Made by a program: the position numbers and the translations under genes | In this document: positions 10,453-21,904 of the stretch, piece by piece | How the letters are laid out: the number at the start of each line of letters is the position of its first letter | Numbering within the stretch: the stretch's first letter is position 1 | Source: an uncultured cyanobacterium | Lineage (GTDB): Bacteria; Cyanobacteriota; Cyanobacteriia; Cyanobacteriales; CAWUOF01 | Length of the DNA stretch: 64,000 nt | Direction: 5' to 3' | NCBI GenBank assembly: GCA_963744145.1 | Contig: CAVUSO010000001.1 | Span: 1,632,001 to 1,696,000 of the forward strand | Notes under the pieces: generated by a model | What the model saw: only the letters and a program-made list of their open reading frames with translations | Databases searched by the model: none | What the model was told of the DNA's origin: nothing

Positions 10453-11844
10453 CCCTATGATTGTCACTCTAGATAAAGTATAATAGAGACAATAAGCTAA
10501 AAGTCTGATCTGATATATGGTAGAACCAAAATCAAGCCCTCAAACAGTCAGCTTTATCGATGACTATTGTCAATATTATCAAAAGCTGTTTCCAGAAGTG
10601 AGAAGCTTTACAGCTTTTAAATATTTGCAGATCGGGTTACTTTCGGAATTAAAACGGAAATCCTTACCAGAAATTGCGAAACTGGTTGGGTTAAAAAATT
10701 CCCAATCATTACACCATTTTTTCCAAAACTCGCCCTGGTCAGCCGAGCCATTAAAATTAGCGCGATTGCAATTAATCTTAAAATTTTCAATGGCAGAGAA
10801 ATTACTGCGATCGTTGATGAAACAGGAGACCCAAAAACAGGAAAAACTACAGATGATGTCAAGCGACAATATATTGGGAACTTGGGTCAGCTAGAAAACG
10901 GAATTGTAGCGGTAACGGTATATGGTTTAATTGATAACTTAACTATTCCTCTGACCTTTGAAGTTGATCAACCGCAAGAGCGACTAAAACCAGGAGATAA
11001 ATATAAAAGTAAACCACAACTAGCTGGTGAAATGCTACAAGAACTCCGGGGGATGGGATTTAATTTTAAATTAGTTTTAGCAGATAGCTGATCGGGTTGA
11101 AAGTGGCAGTAATTTTATTAGTCTATTAGATGAATTACAGCTTAATTTTGTGATGGCAATCCGGAGTAACCACAAGGTGCTGATGGCAAAAGGCCAAAAA
11201 GTTCGGAAGAATAGATGGCGGAAATTTGAGCGAGTTTTTACCAATGGAAAAACTCAAGAGCGATAGATAAGAGAAATAATTTTTGGTCAACGTCGTTGTG
11301 ATCAATATTGGCAAATTACGACAGACAAAGAGGAATTACCTCAGAATGAGACTTGGTATGTAATAACCAAAGTTCCGGGAATTAAGTATGAGCAAGTTGG
11401 TCAATTCTATGGATTAAGAACATGGGTAGAATATGGGTTAAAGCCAAGTAAAAACTCCTTGGGATAGGCCGATTTCCGGCTCACGGATGATCAAGAAATT
11501 GAAAAATGGTGGGAATTAGTCTGTAGTGCTTATTTATTGGTGAGTCTTTATTCATCATCATTAGGATCACCGAGTGCTATGAATGAAACTAAATTTTCTG
11601 CTCATTCCCACTGGTGTCCGCCTAATAACTGGAATAATTTGCTGAATAATTTACGTTTAATTATCCAGCCTTTTATCGGTTTTAATCTGATTAAACTTTG
11701 GTTAGATGTTTTTCCAATTCCACAATTATCCTGGGGTTTTCCGAGACTAATTGCCCTGATGAATGAGTTTCCTAGTTGCTTAGATTTTAATGCTTTTGAG
11801 CTTGACCTATATTTTTCCTCTGCTAGCGAGTGACAATCATAGGG
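10453..11844 (+). mobile_element. IS701-family insertion sequence, decayed
   Basis: Perfect 17-bp TIRs CCCTATGATTGTCACTC (10453-10469) and GAGTGACAATCATAGGG (11828-11844). Confidence 0.88.
10517..11833 (+). pseudogene. IS701 DDE transposase pseudogene
   Basis: Fragments RKSLPEIAK, DETG, ENGIVAV, VLADS and IEKWWELV separated by frameshifts and in-frame stops. Confidence 0.88.
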
Positions 11845-12815
11845 CTATTTTTAAAAACCAATCAGTGAGTGCTCAACACCTGACGGTATCAAAGGTTAGG
11901 AAACAAGTGTTTAGTAAAAGAAATAATACCAATATATCGTGCTCAACACCTGACGGTATCAAAGGTTAGGAAACTTGCATTTAGCAATTAGGGAACTATC
12001 ACGCATATGTGCTCAACACCTGACGGTATCAAAGGTTAGGAAACCAACTCCATCCTGAACTATCCGAATGATACGATTGTGTGCTCAACACCTGACGGTA
12101 TCAAAGGTTAGGAAACTGGCAATTTCGCCAATTTGGTTGACCCAGTCAGCCGTGCTCAACACCTGACGGTATCAAAGGTTAGGAAACTTCCTTGCTCGTG
12201 ATAGGTTTGTTACCATTTTCGGGTGCTCAACACCTGACGGTATCAAAGGTTAGGAAACCTGCTTGACAATTTGTGGATAGTCGTGCATAATATATAGTGC
12301 TCAACACCTGACGGTATCAAAGGTTAGGAAACAAGTTTTCGTGCAGCAAAAATTAACCTACCGAGCCGTGCTCAACACCTGACGGTATCAAAGGTTAGGA
12401 AACAGCCCACCTAGATTCTACCGCTTCTAGTCCACCCTTGTGCTCAACACCTGACGGTATCAAAGGTTAGGAAACGCACTAGCCTGGTCCAAATCCCTAG
12501 AAATCGTTCGCTCGTGCTCAACACCTGACGGTATCAAAGGTTAGGAAACCTTCAAATCTTTTTCTGTGATCTGACAAACTCTCAACCATGTGCTCAACAC
12601 CTGACGGTATCAAAGGTTAGGAAACGAAAGTATAGCTCGGACATTCGGAAATATTTGAGGGTGCTCAACACCTGACGGTATCAAAGGTTAGGAAACTAGC
12701 TATCAGGAAGCTTCACCGCGGAGCTTGTAGATGTGCTCAACACCTGACGGTATCAAAGGTTAGGAAACCAATTAATCTTGTCTTTCTTTTTTCAACATAG
12801 AAGGTGCTCAACACC

Positions 12816-14288
12816 CAATACGGTTCGGTTAAGCTAAAAATCAGGTAAAATGAAAGTGTCACCTAAATGGAATGAGTAGGAATGCAGCTCAAAGAATTCA
12901 CTGTAATATCACCTGTGGTCGAATCAGGGATGATCCTCAAAGCGTTAGAAACAGCGATTCCATCGACAGCAATTGAAAAAGCCATTGAAGATACCAATAG
13001 AAAAGAGGAACGACAAAGAGCATTACCAACGCATCTGGTTATCTGTCTAATCATTGGGATGAGTCTATGGTCTAGGGGGTCAATGAGGACAGTGTTGAAA
13101 AATCTGGTTGATGGCTTAAATGAAGCATGGGTCAGAGTTAGTTATTATTGGCGAATACCATGTAAATCATCAATTACAGAAGCTAGACAGCGAGTAGGTG
13201 CAGGGGTAATGCGGCATCTGTTTCACATAGTAGTTAGACCACAGGCTACTAGGGAAACCCCAGGGGCTTTTTTAGGTGAAAAGCGAATTATGGCTGTAGA
13301 TGGAACAGTGTTTGATGTGCCAGATAGCGACACAAATGCCAGAGTATTTGGATATCCAGCTAGTCGTCCTGGAACTAGAGCCGCGTTTCCCAAGGTGCGT
13401 TTGGTTCTATTGATTGAAGCAGGAACACATTTAATTGTAGATGCCTTGATCTGCCCTTACCGAATCGGTGAGCGAGTCAGAGTGAAAAGGTTACTACGGT
13501 CAGTCACCACTGGAATGTTATTAATGTGGGATCGTGGATTGCATTCTTATGCAATGGTGCAAGCCACCTTGTCCCAAAAATGTGATTATTTGGGACGCAT
13601 CCCCAAAAATGTTAAATTTCCTGTGGAGCAGGTATTGGATGATGGTTCCTATCTCTCCTGGATTGCTCCCGACGGCAAGTCGAAAAAACAGGGCATGACC
13701 AAAATTATGGTTCGAGTCATTGAATACACTATTGATAATGGCGAAGCACAAACTTACCGTCTGATTACCAGTTTGACGGACATCGCTTTATTTCCAGCTT
13801 TATTATTAGCCACAGAATATCATCGTCGTTGGGAAGTTGAAAATACTATCGATGAATTGAAGGTTCATCAATTGGGACGTAAAACTCTGATTCGTTCTCT
13901 TCATCCCCGTGAAGTGGTTCAGGAAATTTATGGTTGGCTCCTCGGACATTGGGCGGTTCGTTCTCTCATGTTGACCGACGGCCACCTCTGCTCACATCTC
14001 CCCTTTACGATTGAGTTTTACTGGTACTCTCAATGTTGTCCGTCGTGCTATTCCCAAATTTCAGCGCCTTCAACCAGAAGAATTTCCCCTTTTTTTTAGT
14101 TGGTTGATCAGGGAAATTTTGGATGAACCAATTCCCAAACGTGAAGGTAGAAGTAACCCTCGTGTTATTAAAAAAACTCGCGCCAAATTTCCATCCAAGA
14201 AACCAATTCATAGAGGTCAGGGAGTTAAACATGAAACCCTCAATTTTTCTATCCTCAATACTGCTTAAAGCTTAACCGAACCGTATTG
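12816..14288 (+). mobile_element. IS4-family insertion sequence (1473 bp) inside CRISPR repeat 14
   Basis: Perfect 20-bp TIRs CAATACGGTTCGGTTAAGCT; 10-bp target duplication GCTCAACACC (12806-12815 and 14289-14298). Confidence 0.96.
12882..14268 (+). pseudogene. IS4 transposase, frameshifted near 13975
   Basis: AVDGT, WDRG and YHRRWEVE (YREK) DDE motifs; the C-terminus (ISPLRLSFTGTL...RSNPRVIK) continues in another frame. Confidence 0.88.
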
Positions 14289-17200
14289 GCTCAACACCTG
14301 ACGGTATCAAAGGTTAGGAAACATTTGTAACAAAACAAATCGATAACTCATAGTTACGTGCTCAACACCTGACGGTATCAAAGGTTAGGAAACAACCAAC
14401 TGACTAGTAAACTTTTGCGGATCAAGTTGTGCTCAACACCTGACGGTATCAAAGGTTAGGAAACCTATCCAAAAATTTCTGACAATAATACTGGGTCAAT
14501 GTGCTCAACACCTGACGGTATCAAAGGTTAGGAAACTCATCTAGATTTAGGCTGGGAAACGTTTGTTTTACGTGCTCAACACCTGACGGTATCAAAGGTT
14601 AGGAAACTATCCAATGGATGGACATCCTTAATGTAACTGGGGTGCTCAACACCTGACGGTATCAAAGGTTAGGAAACTAATTCATCCGAAACTAACAATA
14701 ATTCCTTAGCTTGTTGTGCTCAACACCTGACGGTATCAAAGGTTAGGAAACACAAATCAGATGGAAAAACCAAAGCAGCTAGTCTTGCGTGCTCAACACC
14801 TGACGGTATCAAAGGTTAGGAAACTTGGAATTGACTAGATAGCAAGAATGAACATGACTATGTGCTCAACACCTGACGGTATCAAAGGTTAGGAAACAGT
14901 CCCAAGATGATACTTTTGCTGATGATATTTATCGGTGCTCAACACCTGACGGTATCAAAGGTTAGGAAACAGTCCTGATTTTACAGGAATTATTAATTAT
15001 ATAAAGTGCTCAACACCTGACGGTATCAAAGGTTAGGAAACTTTGGGTAACGAGTGGTTTATTCGGGATGTCGTACGTGCTCAACACCTGACGGTATCAA
15101 AGGTTAGGAAACACTTTTTTCGCTCGCACTTGGGGCAAGTTTTATAATCGTGCTCAACACCTGACGGTATCAAAGGTTAGGAAACGCTCGCAGCTTGGCA
15201 ATACAGTGATTCTTATATAATGTGCTCAACACCTGACGGTATCAAAGGTTAGGAAACCCCCAAGTCCGGACAATACTGCACTGGCACTAAGAATGTGCTC
15301 AACACCTGACGGTATCAAAGGTTAGGAAACTAGCTGATGAAGCTCATACAGTTTGTTTTTTTGCTGGTGCTCAACACCTGACGGTATCAAAGGTTAGGAA
15401 ACTAATTGTTCTATTTTGTTTTGTTTATCTTTCAACCGTGCTCAACACCTGACGGTATCAAAGGTTAGGAAACCAGGCAAAAACTTGTCTTTTTCCCAAT
15501 CATGTCTTAGTGCTCAACACCTGACGGTATCAAAGGTTAGGAAACTTGCCCCTAAATGCCATTCATTAGGTGGGTAATAATGTGCTCAACACCTGACGGT
15601 ATCAAAGGTTAGGAAACTTATACGCCCCATAATAGTTTTCTGGGGATTTTAACGTGCTCAACACCTGACGGTATCAAAGGTTAGGAAACACCTCCGGAGA
15701 GATGGGAAAAAATTCCTAATTATCATGTGCTCAACACCTGACGGTATCAAAGGTTAGGAAACGATTGGTCAGCAAGAGAAGCGGCGAAAAATGCTGCTGT
15801 GCTCAACACCTGACGGTATCAAAGGTTAGGAAACGTCGGATAGATGTGTCGAGCTTTTTCGCTCAGATGTGCTCAACACCTGACGGTATCAAAGGTTAGG
15901 AAACACTCATTTTGGAGAAAAGATAAAAATCTTAACTTGTGCTCAACACCTGACGGTATCAAAGGTTAGGAAACTTCAAACATTACCCACGATTAACGAC
16001 TGGGATATGGTGCTCAACACCTGACGGTATCAAAGGTTAGGAAACTGAGGAACTAATAGAAAGTAACGGATATGAAAGAACGTGCTCAACACCTGACGGT
16101 ATCAAAGGTTAGGAAACTGATTTGATAGCTAACGATCGCGACCGAATTTGGATGTGCTCAACACCTGACGGTATCAAAGGTTAGGAAACAATCATCAAGC
16201 GGAGAAACTAAGAGAGCTTTTAGCGTGCTCAACACCTGACGGTATCAAAGGTTAGGAAACAAGAGCAGCCCGTAACGAATCTTTGCCGTTATTACGTGCT
16301 CAACACCTGACGGTATCAAAGGTTAGGAAACTACTGCATTATCTGGAAAGCCTCGTAATCCATAAGTCGTGCTCAACACCTGACGGTATCAAAGGTTAGG
16401 AAACACTTGACACAAGTCATAAAGACGTGCCATGATGTCGTGCTCAACACCTGACGGTATCAAAGGTTAGGAAACGAAGTTCATCCTTCAAATTGGCTAA
16501 GGATTGATAAGGTGCTCAACACCTGACGGTATCAAAGGTTAGGAAACAGTTCCCGGAACTACAAGTATTATTTTAAATAGTCGTGCTCAACACCTGACGG
16601 TATCAAAGGTTAGGAAACGGTAATTTATTTGTACCATCTACCTTGTCATTATCGTGCTCAACACCTGACGGTATCAAAGGTTAGGAAACTCGCTTGTTCA
16701 AGAATACGATCGGTTATGGGGGAAGTGCTCAACACCTGACGGTATCAAAGGTTAGGAAACACAGAAATCGATCAACTCCGCCGCGAACGAGATAAGTGCT
16801 CAACACCTGACGGTATCAAAGGTTAGGAAACAAGGGTTCCTGCTGGTATCCGCTTTCAGCGAGATGTGCTCAACACCTGACGGTATCAAAGGTTAGGAAA
16901 CATGGGGTCGTAGGTGCTGGAGTTACAGCCGCGTTAGTGTGCTCAACACCTGACGGTATCAAAGGTTAGGAAACAATTACCTTGACTTTTAGTCCCAGTC
17001 CCATCTACCCGTGCTCAACACCTGACGGTATCAAAGGTTAGGAAACATGGCTTGTGCTTTCGCACTTGAGCTAAATGTTGCTGTGCTCAACACCTGACGG
17101 TATCAAAGGTTAGGAAACCGTCCTACGCCACCAGGACAAACACCCCCTCCGCTCGTGCTCAACACCTGACGGTATCAAAGGTTAGGAAACGCGAAAAAGA

Positions 17201-20200
17201 GCAGAAAATAATTTAACAAAACTTAAGTGCTCAACACCTGACGGTATCAAAGGTTAGGAAACTAGATTAAGTGCTTGCACAGTTTCTTGAGGTAAGTGTG
17301 CTCAACACCTGACGGTATCAAAGGTTAGGAAACGGTTCTTCCGCAGGCGTTTCCATCCCACTGGTGCGTGCTCAACACCTGACGGTATCAAAGGTTAGGA
17401 AACACTTGGAACTATTCACAATGGAAAAGAACCCTATACCGTGCTCAACACCTGACGGTATCAAAGGTTAGGAAACTAAAATCTACCAAATGGTTAGCTG
17501 CTTTCCACATTTGTGCTCAACACCTGACGGTATCAAAGGTTAGGAAACGACCAGTAGAAAAAAACTGGCTGCCGCTGCTGCATGTGCTCAACACCTGACG
17601 GTATCAAAGGTTAGGAAACTCTGCTAGCAAAAGTTTTATCATCTGCACTAATATTGTGCTCAACACCTGACGGTATCAAAGGTTAGGAAACTGGGAGATT
17701 ATTAAACAATCTCCCATTCACTTAGGTGCTCAACACCTGACGGTATCAAAGGTTAGGAAACTATGGCTTTGGAACCATCAATCAAAATGATTGTTTGTGC
17801 TCAACACCTGACGGTATCAAAGGTTAGGAAACCAGAGGTTAAGAAACGAAAACAAAAGCTAGATGTCGTGCTCAACACCTGACGGTATCAAAGGTTAGGA
17901 AACATTGATCGTGTGATTTATGCCCGCTTTGTTCTAGGAGTGCTCAACACCTGACGGTATCAAAGGTTAGGAAACTATCGAATTTTCGATAGTGATATTA
18001 ATTCCTGTTCGTGCTCAACACCTGACGGTATCAAAGGTTAGGAAACCAATAATGGAGGAGTAGCCGGAGAAAACGAAACTACTGTGCTCAACACCTGACG
18101 GTATCAAAGGTTAGGAAACTTACTTAAATGGCAATGTAAACATATTGCTGGTATAGTGCTCAACACCTGACGGTATCAAAGGTTAGGAAACCTCTCCCAT
18201 CTTAACTTCCCCAGTGGTCAGTTTCACGTGCTCAACACCTGACGGTATCAAAGGTTAGGAAACGAACAAAAATATCAGGGTGAACTGCCCATCACACCCG
18301 TGCTCAACACCTGACGGTATCAAAGGTTAGGAAACATTGAATTTGCTGCAACTGTTCAAGCAGATATTTACGTGCTCAACACCTGACGGTATCAAAGGTT
18401 AGGAAACTGCATCTAGATCGGATTGCGATCGCTGAATCAGAAGGTGCTCAACACCTGACGGTATCAAAGGTTAGGAAACTCGTGGTCAATCGCCATTTAT
18501 TGCGGAAGTACCATAGTGCTCAACACCTGACGGTATCAAAGGTTAGGAAACTGTTTGGCTGCATCAGTCCCCCCCTCTTTATCTCGTGCTCAACACCTGA
18601 CGGTATCAAAGGTTAGGAAACTTGAGAAGTTCCAGCCGGAATACTGGGAGGAGAATATTGTGCTCAACACCTGACGGTATCAAAGGTTAGGAAACAACTG
18701 AAGAAATTAGATACTTACCTCTCAGTGATTGTGCTCAACACCTGACGGTATCAAAGGTTAGGAAACTCGGGGGCAACTACCTAGGATTTTGCATTAAAGA
18801 TTTTATGCCTGACCGTGCTCAACACCTGACGGTATCAAAGGTTAGGAAACCTTCAGTTTGTTCAAGGGAATCTCTATCCGTCCCGTGCTCAACACCTGAC
18901 GGTATCAAAGGTTAGGAAACTCGAGCATCAGCTTATCAATATACCCAAGACCCGTCGGTGCTCAACACCTGACGGTATCAAAGGTTAGGAAACAATGTCA
19001 CAGCATGATACTCAGCCCGTTGATCTCAGAGTGCTCAACACCTGACGGTATCAAAGGTTAGGAAACTAAGAAAGGACTTGACTCTAACTCTGTTAGTTGA
19101 AAGTGCTCAACACCTGACGGTATCAAAGGTTAGGAAACTGTATCCTTTGGAAGAGATTTTGTACCTATATCCGTGCTCAACACCTGACGGTATCAAAGGT
19201 TAGGAAACCTGGACATAGTTCACTTACCTCTCTACAAAGGTAGTGCTCAACACCTGACGGTATCAAAGGTTAGGAAACAACAAGTCAATACCCATATCCG
19301 TGGTGGCAATATCACGTGCTCAACACCTGACGGTATCAAAGGTTAGGAAACTTTATACCCTTTTTCAGACGCATCCAGTGTAAACAGTGCTCAACACCTG
19401 ACGGTATCAAAGGTTAGGAAACTAGTGTTGCGTGACATGGGACTTCGCGAGTTTTTAGTGCTCAACACCTGACGGTATCAAAGGTTAGGAAACCAGTACC
19501 TTCAGCCTCTTCAGTCTCTAGAGCTTCTGGTGCTCAACACCTGACGGTATCAAAGGTTAGGAAACACGCAAAACGAAAAAAAACTGGAATTAATAATTTC
19601 GTCCTCAACACCTGACGGTATCAAAGGTTAGGAAACATAGTGAGTTGCAGATATGGACTATATCGGTGCCAGGTGCTCAACACCTGACGGTATCAAAGGT
19701 TAGGAAACTTCCCAGTATTCTTTCAGCTCTTCACTAACTTTACAGTGCTCAACACCTGACGGTATCAAAGGTTAGGAAACCAGATTAGTCGGGATACCAT
19801 AAACTGGTGTTGGTAAGGTGCTCAACACCTGACGGTATCAAAGGTTAGGAAACTTCTTGGACCGATGCAACCAGCACCAGCTGGTTACGTGCTCAACACC
19901 TGACGGTATCAAAGGTTAGGAAACGTTGAAGAAGGACCACAAGAACCAAAAAACACGATCAGTGCTCAACACCTGACGGTATCAAAGGTTAGGAAACATT
20001 GAGTGCAACATGTGATAAGTCATTACAGGTGACATCGTGCTCAACACCTGACGGTATCAAAGGTTAGGAAACGCTTGGAGCAAGTCAGGGTTCTAAACAA
20101 CAATAATGTGCTCAACACCTGACGGTATCAAAGGTTAGGAAACTGGGAACTTAGACGTGCAGCGGATAATCGAAAATATTTAGGTGCTCAACACCTGACG

Positions 20201-21340
20201 GTATCAAAGGTTAGGAAACACAAATGGCATTCTCATTTCTACGAATCTATACGGTAATGTGCTCAACACCTGACGGTATCAAAGGTTAGGAAACTTGGAT
20301 ATTGACGATATTGGATAATCAAAGTCCGGTGTGCTCAACACCTGACGGTATCAAAGGTTAGGAAACTCTTTCTACCATCGGAATACTTAATGCTATTACT
20401 TTGTGCTCAACACCTGACGGTATCAAAGGTTAGGAAACTATCGTGCGATTAATCCGTGAACTGGACTACACTATCAGTGCTCAACACCTGACGGTATCAA
20501 AGGTTAGGAAACCTTTGAAGCCAAGCATATTCCACAGCGTTTACCAAGTGCTCAACACCTGACGGTATCAAAGGTTAGGAAACTACCGCGCGAAATAAGA
20601 AGCCTAATTAATTGTACAATGACCTGTGCTCAACACCTGACGGTATCAAAGGTTAGGAAACCTGACTAATTGCAGGGATACACTAAGGAAGATACCGAAC
20701 AGTGCTCAACACCTGACGGTATCAAAGGTTAGGAAACAGCTAGCATTGACGTAACTTTATAACGTGCTGGGAAATATCGTGCTCAACACCTGACGGTATC
20801 AAAGGTTAGGAAACAAAGAACTTGGTATCCAGCAAATGCTTGCCGAATCTGGATAGTGCTCAACACCTGACGGTATCAAAGGTTAGGAAACTTACCCCCA
20901 ATCAGTGAAAAGACAGAGCGGTCAGAAAGAGTGCTCAACACCTGACGGTATCAAAGGTTAGGAAACATGCCTAGCTCTTTTGCATTACAAGAGTTATCGC
21001 AAGATGACGTGCTCAACACCTGACGGTATCAAAGGTTAGGAAACTACGATAGACGACCAGTACGGACGTAAATTATGTTTATGAGTGCTCAACACCTGAC
21101 GGTATCAAAGGTTAGGAAACTTGCTACTGGGACGGGCTATTTCTGCGGCGTTCATGTGTGCTCAACACCTGACGGTATCAAAGGTTAGGAAACATTTTAA
21201 TCTGGATAAGCATTACATGACAGTAATTGCGTGCTCAACACCTGACGGTATCAAAGGTTAGGAAACATGAACTTAAAGGCAGTTGGATACGCCAATAGCT
21301 TAGTGTGCTCAACACCTGACGGTATCAAAGGTTAGGAAAC

Positions 21341-21601
21341 CGCGATCGCTGAACATCTCATAGCATAAGCGTTTCTGGCATATTTTACAAGCATCACCAA
21401 TTTGGAAACTATAAAGCTAAAAAATTTAGGTGAAATACCCGTTAAGAGTGACCCTCTCATATACCAAAACCCTTATCTAGTCTAGGATTTACCATTTTGC
21501 AAGCATCTTACCTGGTTCCAAAACTACCTCGATCGCAGTCCAGACAACGGTTTTCAGCTTTAATTTATTCTGTAAAACCTCTACAAACAGCGATCCTTGC
21601 A
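21341..21601 (-). promoter_or_regulatory. CRISPR leader
   Basis: AT-rich non-coding gap between cas2 and the first repeat in transcribed orientation; direct repeat ATTTT(A/G)CAAGCATC at 21382 and 21494. Confidence 0.85.
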
Positions 21602-21895
21602 TCAGATAATTCGGTATGCTTCCTCTACTAAAGGCCAAGCTTGAGGACGATTATACAGATGTATTCCCTCAACACAGCGATTACATAGACGAATCAAAAG
21701 TAAGCTATCCTTAATATCTAAAACTTGCTCTAGTTCCCATCGTAGTTTCTCCCGTTCTCGCTGGCTTAACCAACAGCGAAAAATAGAGTATTGGATTCTT
21801 TCACCGTAGCCTTTAAGTAGTTTGTAAGCCTTACGCCAGCGTTTGGAGTCCCGAATATCGTAGGCTACCAGATACCAGTTTTGGGATTCAGCCAT
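21602..21895 (-). CDS. cas2: CRISPR-associated Cas2
   Basis: YLVAYDI, GERIQYSIF and DSL motifs; 97 aa. Confidence 0.96.
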   Translation of the reverse strand: MAESQNWYLVAYDIRDSKRWRKAYKLLKGYGERIQYSIFRCWLSQREREKLRWELEQVLDIKDSLLLIRLCNRCVEGIHLYNRPQAWPLVEEAYRII

Positions 21896-21904
21896 AATCT
21901 TACC

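Larger units (their letters stand above)
11869..21340 (-). CRISPR. Type I-B (Myxan) CRISPR array, about 111 repeats / 110 spacers, interrupted by IS4
   Basis: 36-bp repeat GTGCTCAACACCTGACGGTATCAAAGGTTAGGAAAC (+). Transcribed form GTTTCCTAACCTTTGATACCGTCAGGTGTTGAGCAC has the GTTGAGCAC end of cyanobacterial I-B repeats. Spacers 34-48 nt; 13 left of the IS and 97 right of it. Confidence 0.98.

Noticed and set aside
11858..11868. CCAATCAGTGA shared between the trailer flank and spacer 20892-20930
   Set aside because: An 11-nt match is compatible with chance.
13965..13990. Programmed frameshift in the IS4 transposase
   Set aside because: No slippery sequence at the shift; mutation or error is more likely.
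11869..21340. Self-targeting or duplicated spacers within the window
   Set aside because: None found by eye beyond 11-nt overlaps; needs BLAST, so absence is not proven.
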